Source: an uncultured bacterium
GTDB taxonomy: Bacteria; Verrucomicrobiota; Verrucomicrobiia; Limisphaerales; UBA8199
Assembly: GCA_963749495.1 (NCBI GenBank)
Contig: CAVVMW010000005.1
Location: forward strand, 224,001 to 288,000
Length of the DNA: 64,000 nt
Direction: 5' to 3'
In this document: positions 23,221-33,300 of the stretch, in pieces
Layout: the number at the start of each line of letters is the position of its first letter
Position numbering within the stretch: position 1 is the first letter of the stretch
The notes under the pieces: generated by a model
Database searches by the model: none
Seen by the model: only the letters and a program-made list of their open reading frames with translations
Told to the model about the DNA's origin: nothing
Position numbers and translations under genes: made by a program

Positions 23221-23859
23221 TCATGGCAGGCGGAGTTTTTGCAGGAGCCGCTCGCGCAGTTGGCGTCTGAGGCGGAGCAGGCGGGATTCGACGGCCTTTT
23301 CCGTCAGGCCGGTCTGGGCGCCGAGTTCTCTGACGGTCGAGCCTTCGAGGTATTTGCCCTCGAGCAGGCGGCGGTCGGCGGGGTCGAGTTCCTCGAGGCT
23401 CTCCTGGAGGCGGGCGCGCAGGGAGTCGTCATCAGCGGGGCCGGGCGCTTGCGGCTGCGGGCGCCGGAAGAGGGCGAAGTTCTGGAGCAGGGCGCGGTAG
23501 CGTTGTTGTTTGCGGGCGGTGTCGCGGGCGGCGCTGCGGGCCAGGACCTTGAGCCAACTCCAGAAGACCTCCTCGGATCCGAAGACCCGCACATAGCGGA
23601 GCACGCGCAAGAGGGTCTGCTGGAGGGCCTCTTGCGCCTGGTCCTCCTGGCCGCGGGTCACCACGAGCAGAAACTCATAGAGCCGGTCGAAGTACGCGGC
23701 ATGGAACGCGCGAAACGCCGGTTCGTCACCCGCCGCCAGCCCGCGCGTGAGCCGGGCGATGTCCCCGGAGACATCGCGCCTGGGGACTTCGTCCACGGCC
23801 CTGGCCTCCGGCAGTTGGAGCGCGAGCACGGGGGTGGCGGTTGGGGTCAACACTGACAT
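23221..23859 (-). CDS. ECF-type RNA polymerase sigma-70 factor
   Basis: AGDEPAF..AQEALQQTLLR..FWSWL..ARSAARD region 2; LDPADRRLL..VRELG..EKAVESRLLRLR region 4. Confidence 0.92.
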   Translation of the reverse strand: MSVLTPTATPVLALQLPEARAVDEVPRRDVSGDIARLTRGLAAGDEPAFRAFHAAYFDRLYEFLLVVTRGQEDQAQEALQQTLLRVLRYVRVFGSEEVFWSWLKVLARSAARDTARKQQRYRALLQNFALFRRPQPQAPGPADDDSLRARLQESLEELDPADRRLLEGKYLEGSTVRELGAQTGLTEKAVESRLLRLRRQLRERLLQKLRLP

Positions 23860-25052
23860 CAGCGCGGCGGGGCGGTTTCGGCGGGCGGGGCCTGCTCCGG
23901 TTGGACGGGAGCATTGGTGGGCGGCGGCGTGCTGGGCGGCCGCAGCCCATACCGTTTGACCATGACGTCCTCAATCGCCTTCTCGACGGCCGCTTGAATG
24001 GCCGCCTTCTGCATTGCGTCCGGTTGCCGGGGCGTGGGAGGCGCTGAAGGCGGCGTGATGGGCCCCGTCGGAAAGAAGCCACCCGGATTGGCTGCGGACG
24101 GGGCGCCGGTGGGGGTAGGGGCGTTGCTGGGCCGCAATCCGTACCGCCTGGAGAAGGCCTCCCTCGCGGCCTGCCGCTTGGCCTCCATCATGGCCTGCTG
24201 GTTTGGGTCCAGTCCGGGGCTGGAGAGGGCGAACGCCTCGGAGGGGGGAGGGGCCGGCACGCCCGGCAGGGCGGTGAGGACTTTGCGCGCCACGTTCATC
24301 GCCTCCGGCGTGCCGATGACAATCAACAGGCCGGTGCCCGGATGGTATTGGAAATCCGGGTGATCACTCTGTGTGAGGTAGTCGCCCTTGAGACTCTCCA
24401 GGGTCTGGCGGATGATCCTCTCGATCTGGCCCAAGCACTCGTTGGCCATCTGATCGAAGGTCGCTTTGTCAACGGGACTCTTGCCCAGGCGGATCCTTTC
24501 GTCGAGATAGCGGCTCATATTGAATGCCTCGACGATGCGTCGGGCATGGCCGAGGGGCTTTCCCTGCGAATCGAGGCCCAGATCCAGAACGTAGAGGGAG
24601 TATTGCGAGGCGGCCCCCGGCACCGGCAGGCCCGTCGCCGGATCGATCGACCCGGCCGCTGAGTTCCTCCGCCACTCGAATCTGTAGCCGCTGGCTACCC
24701 GGAGCGCATCGAGAGCGTCGGGCAACTCGGTGACCGAGCGCAGCTTGAGGTCTTCGATCCTCACCCCGGCCAAGTCGGGGGCCACCGCGATATTCGAGTC
24801 GGGCCACATCTCGCGCAAGGCGGAGACCACGTTGCCCAGCGTGGCCGGAACCGGGTTCCCGTGGTGCAGGGTGCCATTCGAAATATCGAGCAAGTAAGGC
24901 GACGTGCGAGGGCCTTGGGACGCAGGTTGCGCGTAGCCGGGAGGAACGGGGATGGCCGCCTTCTGTTCCTGTGCCAGGCTGTGGTTGGTTTGCCCGAAGG
25001 CGGCCAGGCAGAGTGCGAAAGCGGACCGGCGGAGCCAAAGTTGTGTTTTCAT
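23859..25052 (-). CDS. Secreted hypothetical protein with a secretin-N-like segment and Pro-rich tail
   Basis: Signal peptide MKTQLWLRRSAFALCLAAFG; FQYHPGTGLLIVIGTPEAMNVARKVL; stop overlaps the sigma start. Confidence 0.65.
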   Translation of the reverse strand: MKTQLWLRRSAFALCLAAFGQTNHSLAQEQKAAIPVPPGYAQPASQGPRTSPYLLDISNGTLHHGNPVPATLGNVVSALREMWPDSNIAVAPDLAGVRIEDLKLRSVTELPDALDALRVASGYRFEWRRNSAAGSIDPATGLPVPGAASQYSLYVLDLGLDSQGKPLGHARRIVEAFNMSRYLDERIRLGKSPVDKATFDQMANECLGQIERIIRQTLESLKGDYLTQSDHPDFQYHPGTGLLIVIGTPEAMNVARKVLTALPGVPAPPPSEAFALSSPGLDPNQQAMMEAKRQAAREAFSRRYGLRPSNAPTPTGAPSAANPGGFFPTGPITPPSAPPTPRQPDAMQKAAIQAAVEKAIEDVMVKRYGLRPPSTPPPTNAPVQPEQAPPAETAPPR

Positions 25053-25137
25053 AGGCGAACGGCGTTTAGCATGTTGGATTTCACTGTCACCCACAACACG
25101 TTTCTGGGGCGCGGAATCCTTCAAGAAAAGGGAGGAA

Positions 25138-25225
25138 AATGACGAATGACGAATGACGAATGACGAAAAGCAACGACCAATGACCAACGGCGCATTCGTC
25201 ATTCGTCATTCGTCATTCGTCATTC
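25138..25225. repeat. Inverted heptamer arrays (AATGACG)n/(CGTCATT)n between divergent genes
   Basis: Seen directly; can form a long hairpin. Confidence 0.85.
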
Positions 25226-25304
25226 CGCGCCGCGCCGCGCGCCCTTCGTTTCCTTGTTGAATTCCCGGGGCTTCTTTGCTTTATTGGTCTGAGCGCGGAC
25301 GAAA

Positions 25305-26180
25305 ATGAAATGTGCAGGCGCCAGCATCCAGTTGCCGGGGAAGCTGTCGGAACGGCAGCAGGCGGCCTTGCTCAACCTGCTGGCGGACGAGGACCCGGCG
25401 ATCTTCCAGGCCGTTCGGCGCAAGATTCTGTCCCTGGGCCCGGCCGCCGCCGACTGGCTGCGGCCGCACACGCTGAGCCGCGAACCGGCGTTGCGCAGGC
25501 GCGCGCAGGAGATCGTGCGCTACTTCGACCGGCAGGCCGCCGACAACACGTTCCTGGCCTTCTGCCTCAAGCACGGGGAGGAGTTCGATCTCGAAAGCGC
25601 GGCGTGGCTGCTGGCCCAAACTCAGTATTCCGACATCAATGCCGAGGCCTACCGGGCGCTCTTGGACAGTTACGCGTCCGAGTTGCGCGAACGGTTCGAT
25701 CCCGCCGGCGGGGCCAAGCAGATCCTCGGCGCGCTCAACCACTACTTCTTCGCGGAACTGGGCTTCACCGGCAACGAGGTCGACTTTTACGACCCGGAGA
25801 ACAGCTATTTGAACCGGGTGGTCAACCGCCGCACGGGCAACCCGATCAACCTCTGCCTGGTCTATCTCCTGCTCGCCCGGCGCCTCCGCCTCCCGGTCAC
25901 CGGCATCGGCCTGCCGGGCCACTTCGTCTGCCGATACCAATCCCCGTCGGCCGAGATCTACCTGGACGTGTTCAACCGCGGGAAGTTCCTCACCAAGGCC
26001 GACTGCATCAACTACCTGGTGCAGGCCAATTTCAGCGTGCGCGACGACTACCTGGCGCCGATCACCTCGCGCCGCCTGCTCCTGCGCATCTGCTCAAACC
26101 TCCACCAGATCTATCTCCAACTCGGACTGGCCGAGGACGCCACCCGGCTCCAACGCTACCTCGTCGCCCTGGCGCGGTGA
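25305..26180 (+). CDS. SirB1/transglutaminase-like family protein
   Basis: GFTGNEVDFYDPENSYLNRV..RRTGNPI, GIGLPGHF, YLDVFNRG. Confidence 0.9.
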   Translation: MKCAGASIQLPGKLSERQQAALLNLLADEDPAIFQAVRRKILSLGPAAADWLRPHTLSREPALRRRAQEIVRYFDRQAADNTFLAFCLKHGEEFDLESAAWLLAQTQYSDINAEAYRALLDSYASELRERFDPAGGAKQILGALNHYFFAELGFTGNEVDFYDPENSYLNRVVNRRTGNPINLCLVYLLLARRLRLPVTGIGLPGHFVCRYQSPSAEIYLDVFNRGKFLTKADCINYLVQANFSVRDDYLAPITSRRLLLRICSNLHQIYLQLGLAEDATRLQRYLVALAR

Positions 26181-26224
26181 GTGCGGGGCAGGCTCTCTTT
26201 CCATGAAGCGCCGAAGCCCGCAAG

Positions 26225-26305
26225 GTTTTGGACTGCGGCAGTCCTCTGCCGCTTTTTGGAGTCCCGCGGATGCGAAAGCGGCAGAGGACTGCCGCAGTCC
26301 AAAAC
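26225..26305. repeat. REP doublet, family C
   Basis: gttttggactgcggcagtcctctgccgcttt ... aaagcggcagaggactgccgcagtccaaaac inverted repeat; second copy at 33151-33230. Confidence 0.9.
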
Positions 26306-26421
26306 GCTTCGCGGCCTCGCGGCCCCTATCCGGTTCCTGGTCCCGATGCATTCGCGGAAGCCCGAGAGGGCTTTCCACGGACCCGTCGGTCAGCGATCAC
26401 GCGCGTCGCCTGGCGACGCAT

Positions 26422-27030
26422 TCACCGCATCGACTCCCATTTGGCGGGGGCGGCCCTGAGGCGGGGGTGAGAAACCAGAAGGTGCCAGATGACCGCTTGA
26501 AAGGCCTCCGAATGCGGGGTGACTGTCTGCGGGTCCACGGTCGGCACGACGACGCAGGCCTGGGCCACTGTCGCGGTGTAGCCGCCGTCCCGGCCGACGA
26601 TGCCCAGTATCCTGGCCCCGACCTGCTTGGCGTATTGCAATGCCGGGACCAGGTTCGAGCTGACCTGGGCCTCGATGCTGCCGCCCCCGACCGAGAGGAC
26701 AAAGAGGGCGTCGGCCGGCTGGAGCCGGCTCACCTTCAGCCAATTGACGAAGACGCTGGACCAGCCGTCGTCATTGGTTCGGGCGGTCAACTCCGAGACG
26801 TTGTCGGTGGGGGCATAGGCCTCGATGCCGGCGAGCTTGCGGAAGTCGTTGACGGCATGGGAGCAATTGGCGGCGCTGCCGCCGATGCCCAGGAAGAAGA
26901 CGCGTCCGCCCTGGGCGCGCACCTCCGCCAGGGCGGCGACCATGCGCTCGATGGCCGCTCGGTCGAGCATCCCGGTGATCCGCACGACCTGGTCCAGGTA
27001 AATCTTCACGAAATCCGAGTTTTCGCTCAT
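26422..27030 (-). CDS. SIS-domain protein, sedoheptulose-7-phosphate isomerase (GmhA)-like
   Basis: FFLGIGGSAANCSHAVNDF, TARTND, LSVGGG, GRDGG, HSEAFQ. Confidence 0.88.
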   Translation of the reverse strand: MSENSDFVKIYLDQVVRITGMLDRAAIERMVAALAEVRAQGGRVFFLGIGGSAANCSHAVNDFRKLAGIEAYAPTDNVSELTARTNDDGWSSVFVNWLKVSRLQPADALFVLSVGGGSIEAQVSSNLVPALQYAKQVGARILGIVGRDGGYTATVAQACVVVPTVDPQTVTPHSEAFQAVIWHLLVSHPRLRAAPAKWESMR

Positions 27031-27121
27031 TTTAGAAATCTGCGCGTTCCAGAAGGATTTGTCGAGGCGGACTCGTTTTGCGGTTGACTTTGCCTTGGAA
27101 TCTCCAGCCCGAAAAAAGTTG

Positions 27122-27160
27122 TTGACTAACTGTTATTATGGTGTATATACAGTATAAACA
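27122..27160 (+). promoter_or_regulatory. Promoter and palindromic YtrA-type operator
   Basis: TTGACT -35-like hexamer, then imperfect palindrome TGTATATACAGTATAAACA abutting the GntR ATG. Confidence 0.7.
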
Positions 27161-27562
27161 ATGACGGACAAACGTCACTCCTGGTTGATCGCTCCAATCT
27201 CCCCCGCCGCCGGCGGGGCGCTTTACCAGCAGATCGTTGACCGGCTCAAGCGCGAGGTCAGTGAGGGCCGCCTCAAGCCCGGAACGGCGCTGCCCTCGTT
27301 CCGCCAGCTTGCGGAGGATTTGCTCGTGAGCGTGATCACGGTCAAGCGCGCTTACGAGGAGCTGGAGCGAGCAGGCATCATTTTCCGCCACCAGGGGCTG
27401 GGCACGTTTGTCGCCGAACAGGGCCACAACCGCAGCCGTGAGTCGAAACTGGCCGCCGCCAGAGAGTTCCTTCGCAATGGCTTGCGCGAAGCGTCCGAGG
27501 CGGGATTGAAACCCGCCGAAATCCTCGAGCTCGCCCGTGAAATCCTGAATGGAAAAGAATGA
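27161..27562 (+). CDS. GntR-family (YtrA subfamily) regulator
   Basis: LYQQI, LPSFRQLA, VSVITVKRAYEELE, GLGTFV; short C-terminus; precedes an ABC ATPase. Confidence 0.93.
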   Translation: MTDKRHSWLIAPISPAAGGALYQQIVDRLKREVSEGRLKPGTALPSFRQLAEDLLVSVITVKRAYEELERAGIIFRHQGLGTFVAEQGHNRSRESKLAAAREFLRNGLREASEAGLKPAEILELAREILNGKE

Positions 27563-27563
27563 T

Positions 27564-28451
27564 ATGGCCAATGCAATCGAATTCCGCGGACTCGTCAAAA
27601 AATACCCCCGCTTCCAGCTCGGTCCGCTCGATCTGACCGTGCCGCGAGGCGCCATCTACGGCCTCATTGGCCCAAACGGCGCGGGTAAGACGACGAGCAT
27701 CAACCTGATTTTCGGCCTCGGCAGAAGCGATGCCGGGCAGATCCGGGTGCTCGGCTTCGACCACCGCGCCGACGCAGTGTCGCTCAAACGCCACGCCGCC
27801 TACGCCAGTCCCGAGCTGAATTTCCAGGTCTGGGGCAAGGTCGGCAAGGCCATCCGGTTCGTGCGCGGCTTCTATCCGCAGTGGGACGACGCCTACTGCG
27901 CCGCGCTGATGAAGACGTTCCATTTGAGCGCCGGCGACAGGATCGCCGCCCTTTCCTTCGGCGCGAAGACCAAGTTGAGCCTCCTGCTGGCGCTGGCGCG
28001 CCAGCCCGAGGTCTTGGTTCTGGATGAACCCCTCACCGGCCTGGACGCGATCTCCAAACAGCAACTCTTCGGGGAACTGCTCAAGGCCGTGGAGGACGGC
28101 GAGCGCAGCGTGCTGATTTCGTCTCACAACCTGAGCAACCTCGAACGCTTCGCCGACCACGTGGGGCTGCTCAAGAACGGGAAGCTGCTGCTGGAAGGCC
28201 GCACGGACGAGGTCGTGGAGCGGTATCGGTTGGCGGAGTTTTTCACCAGCAACGGCGCAACCCTCCAAAGCCCAGTGCCCGAGGGGCTCATCATTTTGAA
28301 GTGGGACGAAAACCGCTGGCGCGCGCTGCTCGACCAGCAGAGCGGCGCGCAGGAATGGCTGCAAAGGCAGGGCGCGCAAAATCTCTCGCTCACCCGGCTG
28401 ACGCTGGAAGACTTGTTCGTGGCATTGTTCAAAGAAGAGGAGGCCCAATGA
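27564..28451 (+). CDS. ABC transporter ATP-binding protein (YtrB-like)
   Basis: GPNGAGKTT, LSFG, VLDEPLTGLD, SSH. Confidence 0.95.
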   Translation: MANAIEFRGLVKKYPRFQLGPLDLTVPRGAIYGLIGPNGAGKTTSINLIFGLGRSDAGQIRVLGFDHRADAVSLKRHAAYASPELNFQVWGKVGKAIRFVRGFYPQWDDAYCAALMKTFHLSAGDRIAALSFGAKTKLSLLLALARQPEVLVLDEPLTGLDAISKQQLFGELLKAVEDGERSVLISSHNLSNLERFADHVGLLKNGKLLLEGRTDEVVERYRLAEFFTSNGATLQSPVPEGLIILKWDENRWRALLDQQSGAQEWLQRQGAQNLSLTRLTLEDLFVALFKEEEAQ

Positions 28452-29836
28452 ACCGGCTGATGCTCGATTACTTTCGCCGCTGGTGGTGGTTGCTGGCGCT
28501 TGCCGGACTTCTCGAATTCAGGCTTGGCTGGTCCATAGCCAACAGGCCGCAGGACACTTTCGAGTTTTGGGCCTTTCAAGTGACGTGTTGCGCGGGCGCG
28601 TTAATGCTCGCGTTGGACTTGCAGCGCGGTGCCCTTCGTCCCCTGGCGCTTCTCCCGCTGGGGACTGGGAAGATCGGCCGCGGTTGGTGGCTGGCGACGG
28701 TTCCACTCCCGGCGGCCGGGTTGGCCGCGCTGCTCTTTTTGGGCGCAGGAGTTTTCTGTCATCTTCACCCCAGCCACGTCTTCCCCGCACAGCGGCTGGC
28801 GATGGCGAGCCTCTTCACCCTGGTGTGGCTGGGAATAGAGTCCACCCTCATCCTCAACGGCATGCGCGGCTTTGGCGAGAACTTGGGGGAGTTCTTCCGC
28901 GTCGCTTTCATTAGCTGCCTTTCGATCCTGATGTTCTTCGGCAGCATGTTGTTCTTCCAGGATGCGTCGAGAAGGCCCGTCAGATCGGCCATCCTTTTGG
29001 GAGTCGGCGCGTTGTTGACCGTTGTGGGCTGGGTTCGCGCCGAGCAACTTGACCTGGGCCGAGCCGCAAAGGTTGACTTCGGCCCCTTCGGGCGATCCAG
29101 TCCGGGCCGGCCGGGCCTGCGCCTCACGCCACTCGAGATCAAAACACGGCCCGGCCAGTTCCGTGCGCCCGCCGGCTACGGCGGAATCCCGTTTCTGCTC
29201 AGGCACACTGGTGTCCTCGCCTTCGCATACGCCGCGGCTACGATCGCGCTGATGGCCCTGCTCTCGCTGTGGCAGCCGCGAGTGCTGCCTCGGGATGCGG
29301 CACTGGTGGTATTCGCGGAAATGGCGGGTTTTATGACCTCTTGCCTCGTCATTGTTTTCCCGCTCCTTTCCGTGCTGCGTCACCTGCGCTTTTTGCGGAC
29401 GCTGCCTGTTTCCACAACGCGCCTCGCCGCCGTGGTGATTTCCATGATGATTCTGCCGGTCGTCGCAGTGGGCGCGCTGGCGGCCGGAATCGCGTGGCCA
29501 GCCTTGGGAACTCCCGCCGCGCTCACGTTTTTGAACTGCTACACGTTCGTCCTTGCGCCAGCCTCGCTGTGTGTTTTCCTGGCCCTGTGGCGGGGCGAGG
29601 GCATGCTGGCATACATTTTGTTGTTCCTTACAGTATTAGGTTTTCAGAGGATCTATGGCGAGCTGCAAATCTCTTTCCATCACGTGGAGGTCCCTTTTGA
29701 TCTGACCGGCCCAATCGCGGCCATCACTGTGCTGTTGGCATTTGTGCTCACACGCCTCGCGCTCCTGCGCAGCAGCCACGCGTATCGCGTCCGGGCAAGT
29801 CCATTCGGCAACTTCCCTGGGGCTGGGGGCGGGTGA
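28448..29836 (+). CDS. Multi-pass membrane protein, probable ABC permease
   Basis: ATGA overlap with the ATPase; about 12 hydrophobic segments; twice-repeated L..LP motif. Confidence 0.8.
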   Translation: MNRLMLDYFRRWWWLLALAGLLEFRLGWSIANRPQDTFEFWAFQVTCCAGALMLALDLQRGALRPLALLPLGTGKIGRGWWLATVPLPAAGLAALLFLGAGVFCHLHPSHVFPAQRLAMASLFTLVWLGIESTLILNGMRGFGENLGEFFRVAFISCLSILMFFGSMLFFQDASRRPVRSAILLGVGALLTVVGWVRAEQLDLGRAAKVDFGPFGRSSPGRPGLRLTPLEIKTRPGQFRAPAGYGGIPFLLRHTGVLAFAYAAATIALMALLSLWQPRVLPRDAALVVFAEMAGFMTSCLVIVFPLLSVLRHLRFLRTLPVSTTRLAAVVISMMILPVVAVGALAAGIAWPALGTPAALTFLNCYTFVLAPASLCVFLALWRGEGMLAYILLFLTVLGFQRIYGELQISFHHVEVPFDLTGPIAAITVLLAFVLTRLALLRSSHAYRVRASPFGNFPGAGGG

Positions 29837-29868
29837 TCCAAATCGTCTTGATCGGATGAGTCTTGAAT

Positions 29869-30222
29869 ATGCAGATCTACTTCACACTTTCACAGGTTCC
29901 CGAGCTTGCGGGATTGACGCGCCGGCAGCGGCGGCTGGTTTACCGATGTGCCTTGCAAGCCCTTTTTGCCGAACAGCCATCGGCAGCCCTGTCTGGCGGA
30001 CCGTGGATCACCGGGGGAATGCTCGGCGGGGCTCTGGCTGGAGGCATGGTGGTCGTCGGCGCCGGCCTCTCTCATTCGATACTGCTCGTCATTGCGGCCG
30101 GTGGGCTCGCCGGAGCGCTGCCGGGTGGCTTCATCGCCGGGCAGCTCCTCACCGCGCGGCTGCGCCCGTATTACCGGCGTGTCCTCGAAGAGCGCAAGGA
30201 TGAGATTGCGCAGATCGGATAG
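29869..30222 (+). CDS. Small Gly-rich membrane protein
   Basis: MQIYFTLSQVPELAGL..., two Gly-rich TM helices. Confidence 0.65.
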   Translation: MQIYFTLSQVPELAGLTRRQRRLVYRCALQALFAEQPSAALSGGPWITGGMLGGALAGGMVVVGAGLSHSILLVIAAGGLAGALPGGFIAGQLLTARLRPYYRRVLEERKDEIAQIG

Positions 30223-30335
30223 AGCCAGCACAGATTCGCTTGCGTTCACACGCAATAGACACAGGGCCCATGTTGTCGCGTCGGACGGCCCGGATGAGCC
30301 GACCCTTACAGAGAGCCCATCCACACACTGCGCCC

Positions 30336-30589
30336 GGAACGCCGGCTTTCAGCCGGCAGGCTCCTGGAATTTCCCGGCCGCTGCCGCATAAATGCGGCGT
30401 TCCGGGGCGGCGTCCGGAATCGCCCGCTTACAAATGGGCGGCCAGATTATAGGTGCAAGGGCGGCGGCGTTGTCCTATGAATAGGGGCGAAGCCGTGAAG
30501 CAGGCGCACGACCGATTTGTTCGAGCGCGCATCCTGCCGCCTAAAGGCGGCGTTCCAGTTGGCTGCGGAACGCCGCCTTTAGGCGGCAG
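30336..30589. repeat. Two REP doublets, family D
   Basis: ggaacgccggctttcagccggcag..ctgccgcataaatgcggcgttcc and ctgccgcctaaaggcggcgttcc..ggaacgccgcctttaggcggcag. Confidence 0.8.
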
Positions 30590-30666
30590 CGAAGGGAAGC
30601 CGTTTCGGGCTTGCAGAGCAGCGTGGCGGACTGTTTAATGGCACCGATGACAACTGAGCGAGGCCT

Positions 30667-31242
30667 ATGGATGTCCTAGTCTATTCAATCTGTTTCGGCG
30701 TGGGGCTCGTCTTCGCGGTGGCCAGCGCGTTCATGAGCCATCTATTCGGATTCGGGGGCCACGATGTGGACGCAGGGCATGCGGACATCGGGACGGGGGG
30801 GCACGCGGAGGCGGGGTTCCAGGATACCGGCATGCCGGGGCTTTCGCCCTTCAGTCCGACCACCATCACCTCGTTCGTGACGGCGTTCGGCGGGTTCGGC
30901 TTGATCTTCTCCCGAATCGAGGCGACGCGCAGCATTTGGGTCAGCGCGCCCCTGGCCACCCTGGGCGCGCTCTTGACCGCCGCCGGGGTGATCGCCCTCT
31001 TCGGCTGGGTCTTCAGCCACACCCAGAGTTCCAGCGAATCCCACATCGGTACCCTCGTCGGGATGACCGCCACCATCATCACGCCCATCCCGGCCAACGG
31101 GGTAGGGGAAATCGCCTATGTCCAGGCCGGCATGCGCTACACCGCCCCGGCGCGCGATGAGCGCGGCGCCCCGGTGGCCAACGGCCAGACCGTCAAGATC
31201 GTCCGCATCGTCGGTTCACAATTCTATGTCGTGCCCGTATAA
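30667..31242 (+). CDS. NfeD-family membrane protein
   Basis: TM helices, a His-containing loop, and C-terminal OB fold LVGMTATIITPIPANGVGEI; upstream of flotillin. Confidence 0.88.
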   Translation: MDVLVYSICFGVGLVFAVASAFMSHLFGFGGHDVDAGHADIGTGGHAEAGFQDTGMPGLSPFSPTTITSFVTAFGGFGLIFSRIEATRSIWVSAPLATLGALLTAAGVIALFGWVFSHTQSSSESHIGTLVGMTATIITPIPANGVGEIAYVQAGMRYTAPARDERGAPVANGQTVKIVRIVGSQFYVVPV

Positions 31243-31291
31243 CCAGTTGCTCGATCGAGCCTGAAACCCACCCAACACCACACCGCCAATC

Positions 31292-32842
31292 ATGAACCTC
31301 CCAATCTTTCTTGCTGCTGACATTCCCAACCCGGGATTTATCGCTGCCGTCGTCGCCGGCATTGTGCTCGTCGTCATCATCTTCTTTGCGGTCTGGGCCA
31401 GCCGCTACACGAAGGTGGCCCCAACCAAGTCCTGATCGTCTCCGGGCGCACGCATCGCTATGTGGACCCGGATGGGACCGTTGGGCACCGCGGCTTTCGC
31501 GTGGTCAAGGGCGGGGGCACCTTCATCCTCCCGGTGGTGGAGAAGATGGACCTGCTGTCGCTGGAATTGCTGACGATCGATGTGGACACCCCGGAGGTCT
31601 ATACCAGCAAAGGCGTGCCGGTGCTGGTGAACGGGGTCGCCCAAATCAAGGTCAAGGGCGACAACGTTCTCGATCGCCACGGCCTCCGAGCAATTCCTCA
31701 GCAAAGGCACCGAGGATATCAAGAGCATCGCCACCCAGACCCTCGAGGGCCATTTGCGCGCCATCCTGGGCACCATGACCGTGGAAGACATCTACCAGAA
31801 CCGCGACGCCTTCGCCTCGAAGGTCCAGGAAGTCGCCGCCGGGGACATGGCCAACATGGGCCTGGCCATTGTCAGCTTCACCATCCGCGACATCCACGAC
31901 AAGCAGGGCTACCTCGACGCCTTGGGCAAACCGCGCATCGCCCAGGTCAAACGTGACGCCGTCATCGCCCAGGCCGAGGCCGACCGCGACGCCATGATCC
32001 GCTTTTCCCAGGCCCAGCAGGCCGGCCAGGAGGCCAAGTTCGCCGCCGACACCAAGATAGCGGAGGCCCAGCGTGATTATTCGATGAACGTCCAGAACTA
32101 CACCGCCTCGGTCAACGAAAAGAAGGCCCAGGCCGACCTCGCCTACGACCTGCAGAAATACAAGACCGGCCAGTTGGTCAAGGCCGAGGAGGTCCAGGTC
32201 AACATCATCGAAAAACAGAAGCAGATCGAGCTGCAGGAGCAGGAAATCCGCCGCCGGCAGAAGGAACTGGAGGCCAACGTGCAAAAGCCCGCCGATGCCG
32301 AACGCTACCGGGTCGAGACCCTGGCCAATGCCCGCAAGTTCCAGTTGGAAGCCGAGGCCTCCGGCGCCGCCGCGGCCACCAAGGCCACCGGCTTCGCCAA
32401 CGCCAACGTCACCAAGGCCACCGGCCTGGCCGAGGCCGAGGCCCAGAAGGCCAGGGGCCTGGCCCAGGCCGACATCATCGAGGCCCAGGGCAAAGCCACC
32501 GCCGAGGCAATGCGCGTCAAGGCCGAGTCCTTCAAGCAATACAACGAGGCGGCCGTCGTCGAGATGATTATCCGGGTGCTGCCCGAGGTGGCCGGCAAGA
32601 TCAGCGAGCCGCTGGCCAAGACCGAGAAGATGATCATCATCAACTCCGGCACCGGCGTCGGCGGCGGGGCCAGCAAGCTCACCGGCGATGTCACCCAGAT
32701 CGTCGCCCAACTGCCGCCGGTCATCGAGAGCCTCACCGGCATCAGCCTTGCGAAGCTCCTCCAGCAGGTGCCCGCCCTCAGAAAAGCGGCAGCCTCGCCC
32801 GCCGTGGAAGACCCCAAAGAAGTGAAAGCCAAAGTCGGATAG
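31292..32842 (+). CDS. Flotillin-family SPFH protein (frameshifts near 31418 and 31667)
   Basis: PNQVLIVSG, GGGTFILPV, LEGHLRAILGTMTVEDIY, long AEA coiled coil. Confidence 0.92.
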
Positions 32843-32857
32843 AACAGAGCAACGCCT

Positions 32858-33106
32858 ATGCTCGCCATCGTGCCCATGCTCGGATTGTTCGGCCTCTTCG
32901 GATTGCTGTCGGCGCTCCTGGTGGCGCCACTGGTCCTGCTGGCCTCCGTGTTCTGGATCTGGATGCTCATCCATGCGATCACCAACCGCAGCCTGGGCGA
33001 TGGCGAGAAGGTTGCCTGGGTGCTCGTCATCCTCTTCCTGCACTTCCTGGGCGCCCTGATCTACTTCTTTCTCGGACGGTCCAAGGAGACCAGCGCCGGC
33101 TTTTAA
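32858..33106 (+). CDS. PLDc_N-like small membrane protein
   Basis: FWIWMLIHA...KVAWVLVILFLHFLGALIYF pattern. Confidence 0.8.
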   Translation: MLAIVPMLGLFGLFGLLSALLVAPLVLLASVFWIWMLIHAITNRSLGDGEKVAWVLVILFLHFLGALIYFFLGRSKETSAGF

Positions 33107-33150
33107 CGGCGGCCGGAGGAACCTCCATGAACCGCCGCAAAGCCCGCGAG

Positions 33151-33230
33151 GTTTTGGACTGCGCCAGTCCTCTGGCGCTTTTCGGACGCTGGGAACGGAA
33201 AAGCGGCAGAGGACTGCCGCAGTCCAAAAC
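33151..33230. repeat. REP doublet, family C
   Basis: Near-identical to 26225-26305. Confidence 0.9.
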
Positions 33231-33300
33231 GCTGCGCGTCGGGCGACGCCCGTCCGGTGCAAGGTCCCCGTGCGCGAACTCAGAATCGTAGAGGCCTTCC

